In this document: positions 63,157-64,000 of the stretch, in pieces
Layout of the letters: every line of letters starts with the position of its first letter
Numbering within the stretch: the first letter of the stretch is position 1
Source of the DNA: Pseudomonadales bacterium
Lineage (GTDB): Bacteria > Pseudomonadota > Gammaproteobacteria > Pseudomonadales > Azotimanducaceae
Direction of reading: 5' to 3'
NCBI GenBank assembly: GCA_051027215.1
Contig: JBPCXR010000086.1
Coordinates: 798 to 64,797, forward strand
DNA: 64,000 nt
Notes under the pieces: generated by a model
Databases searched by the model: none
What the model saw: only the letters and a program-made list of their open reading frames with translations
What the model was told of the DNA's origin: nothing
Made by a program: the position numbers and the translations under genes

Positions 63157-64000
63157 ATGTTTGAACTGGTAGACAGTGCCCCTCAAAGCGCAGTCATCAA
63201 AGTGGTCGGTGTCGGTGGCGGCGGGGGTAATGCCGTAGCCCACATGCTCAAGAAGAACGTCGAAGGCGTTGACTTCATTGCAGCGAATACCGACGCCCAG
63301 GCGTTGAAGAACATTCACGCCAAGACAGTTCTACAGATGGGGACGGAAATCACCAAGGGCCTTGGCGCTGGTGCAAACCCGGATATCGGCCGCCAAGCGG
63401 CGTTGGAAGACCGTGAGCGAATCGCCGAAGCGCTAGCAGGTGCGGACATGGTGTTCATCACTGCGGGAATGGGTGGCGGCACCGGTACCGGTGCAGCGCC
63501 GATCATTGCCGATGTGGCCAAAGAGCTGGGAATTTTGACGGTGGCGGTGGTTACCCGACCTTTCCGCTTTGAAAAGCGCGGTGAAGCTGCAGATCGCGGC
63601 ATTCGTGATCTGTCAGAGTCGGTAGATTCGTTGATCACCATTCCCAACGAGAAACTGCTCGCCGTGCTTGGTGAACGGACCAGCATGCTGGATGCCTTTA
63701 GCGCCGCCAACGATGTGCTGCTTGGCGCCGTTCAAGGCATTGCCGACCTGATCATTCGCCCCGGCATGATCAACGTCGACTTTGCCGATGTGCGCACCGT
63801 GATGTCAGAGATGGGCATGGCGATGATGGGTACCGGTCGTGCTGCTGGTGACAACCGTGCCCGTGATGCGGCTGAAGCAGCCATTCGCTCGCCGTTACTC
63901 GAAGACGTCGATCTGCATGGCGCCCGAGGTATCCTGGTGAACGTAACCGCAGGTCCTGAACTCAATATTGGTGAGTTCACCGACGTCGGCACCATTGTTG
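63157..64000 (+). CDS. ftsZ: cell division GTPase FtsZ (3' end runs off the window)
   Basis: Read by hand from the ATG at 63157, which follows AAAGGAGAA. The sequence is [27 protein letters not shown]... with the tubulin signature GGGTGTG. It has no stop in the window and so is not in the ORF track. Confidence 0.97.
   Translation, partial: MFELVDSAPQSAVIKVVGVGGGGGNAVAHMLKKNVEGVDFIAANTDAQALKNIHAKTVLQMGTEITKGLGAGANPDIGRQAALEDRERIAEALAGADMVFITAGMGGGTGTGAAPIIADVAKELGILTVAVVTRPFRFEKRGEAADRGIRDLSESVDSLITIPNEKLLAVLGERTSMLDAFSAANDVLLGAVQGIADLIIRPGMINVDFADVRTVMSEMGMAMMGTGRAAGDNRARDAAEAAIRSPLLEDVDLHGARGILVNVTAGPELNIGEFTDVGTIV

Overview
This is a GC-rich, gene-dense chromosomal window from a gammaproteobacterium. 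All calls rest on motif recognition and synteny only; no searches were run. From memory, almost the whole window is collinear with the Pseudomonas/E. coli housekeeping backbone. The order is gatCAB, mreBCD-maf-rng-yhdP-tldD, yjgA/pmbA, the rpoN-PTS(Ntr) operon (ptsO-rapZ-ptsN-hpf-rpoN), lptBAC-kdsC, yrbG, mlaFEDCB-ibaG-murA-hisGD, degS/algW, zapE, rplM-rpsI, petABC, sspAB, dolP-yraN-lpoA, rsmI, RNase P RNA, then the dcw cluster from mraZ to a truncated ftsZ. I saw no tRNA, rRNA, CRISPR, transposase or integrase.

The main candidate for something undescribed is a block of about 4.3 kb inserted between tldD and yjgA. It holds a quinohemoprotein PQQ alcohol dehydrogenase and a three-gene MotA/ExbB-type stator-like cassette. 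The cassette has a non-canonical Asp-TM partner and a third membrane protein, and it is translationally coupled to yjgA.

Other notable points:
- The dcw cluster lacks murF, murG and ddl at clean overlapping junctions.
- kdsD and diaA are absent from their canonical slots.
- mlaC carries a 4 x 15-bp in-frame tandem repeat.
- A Pmra-like promoter with three GTGGN MraZ-type boxes sits downstream of a GGAAT/ATTCC palindrome array.
- Convergent gene pairs end in hairpins that contain both stop codons.

The left 3.3 kb is a small accessory patch: a DUF1566-like protein, a VOC protein, MarR, an unknown ORF and a hydrolase.
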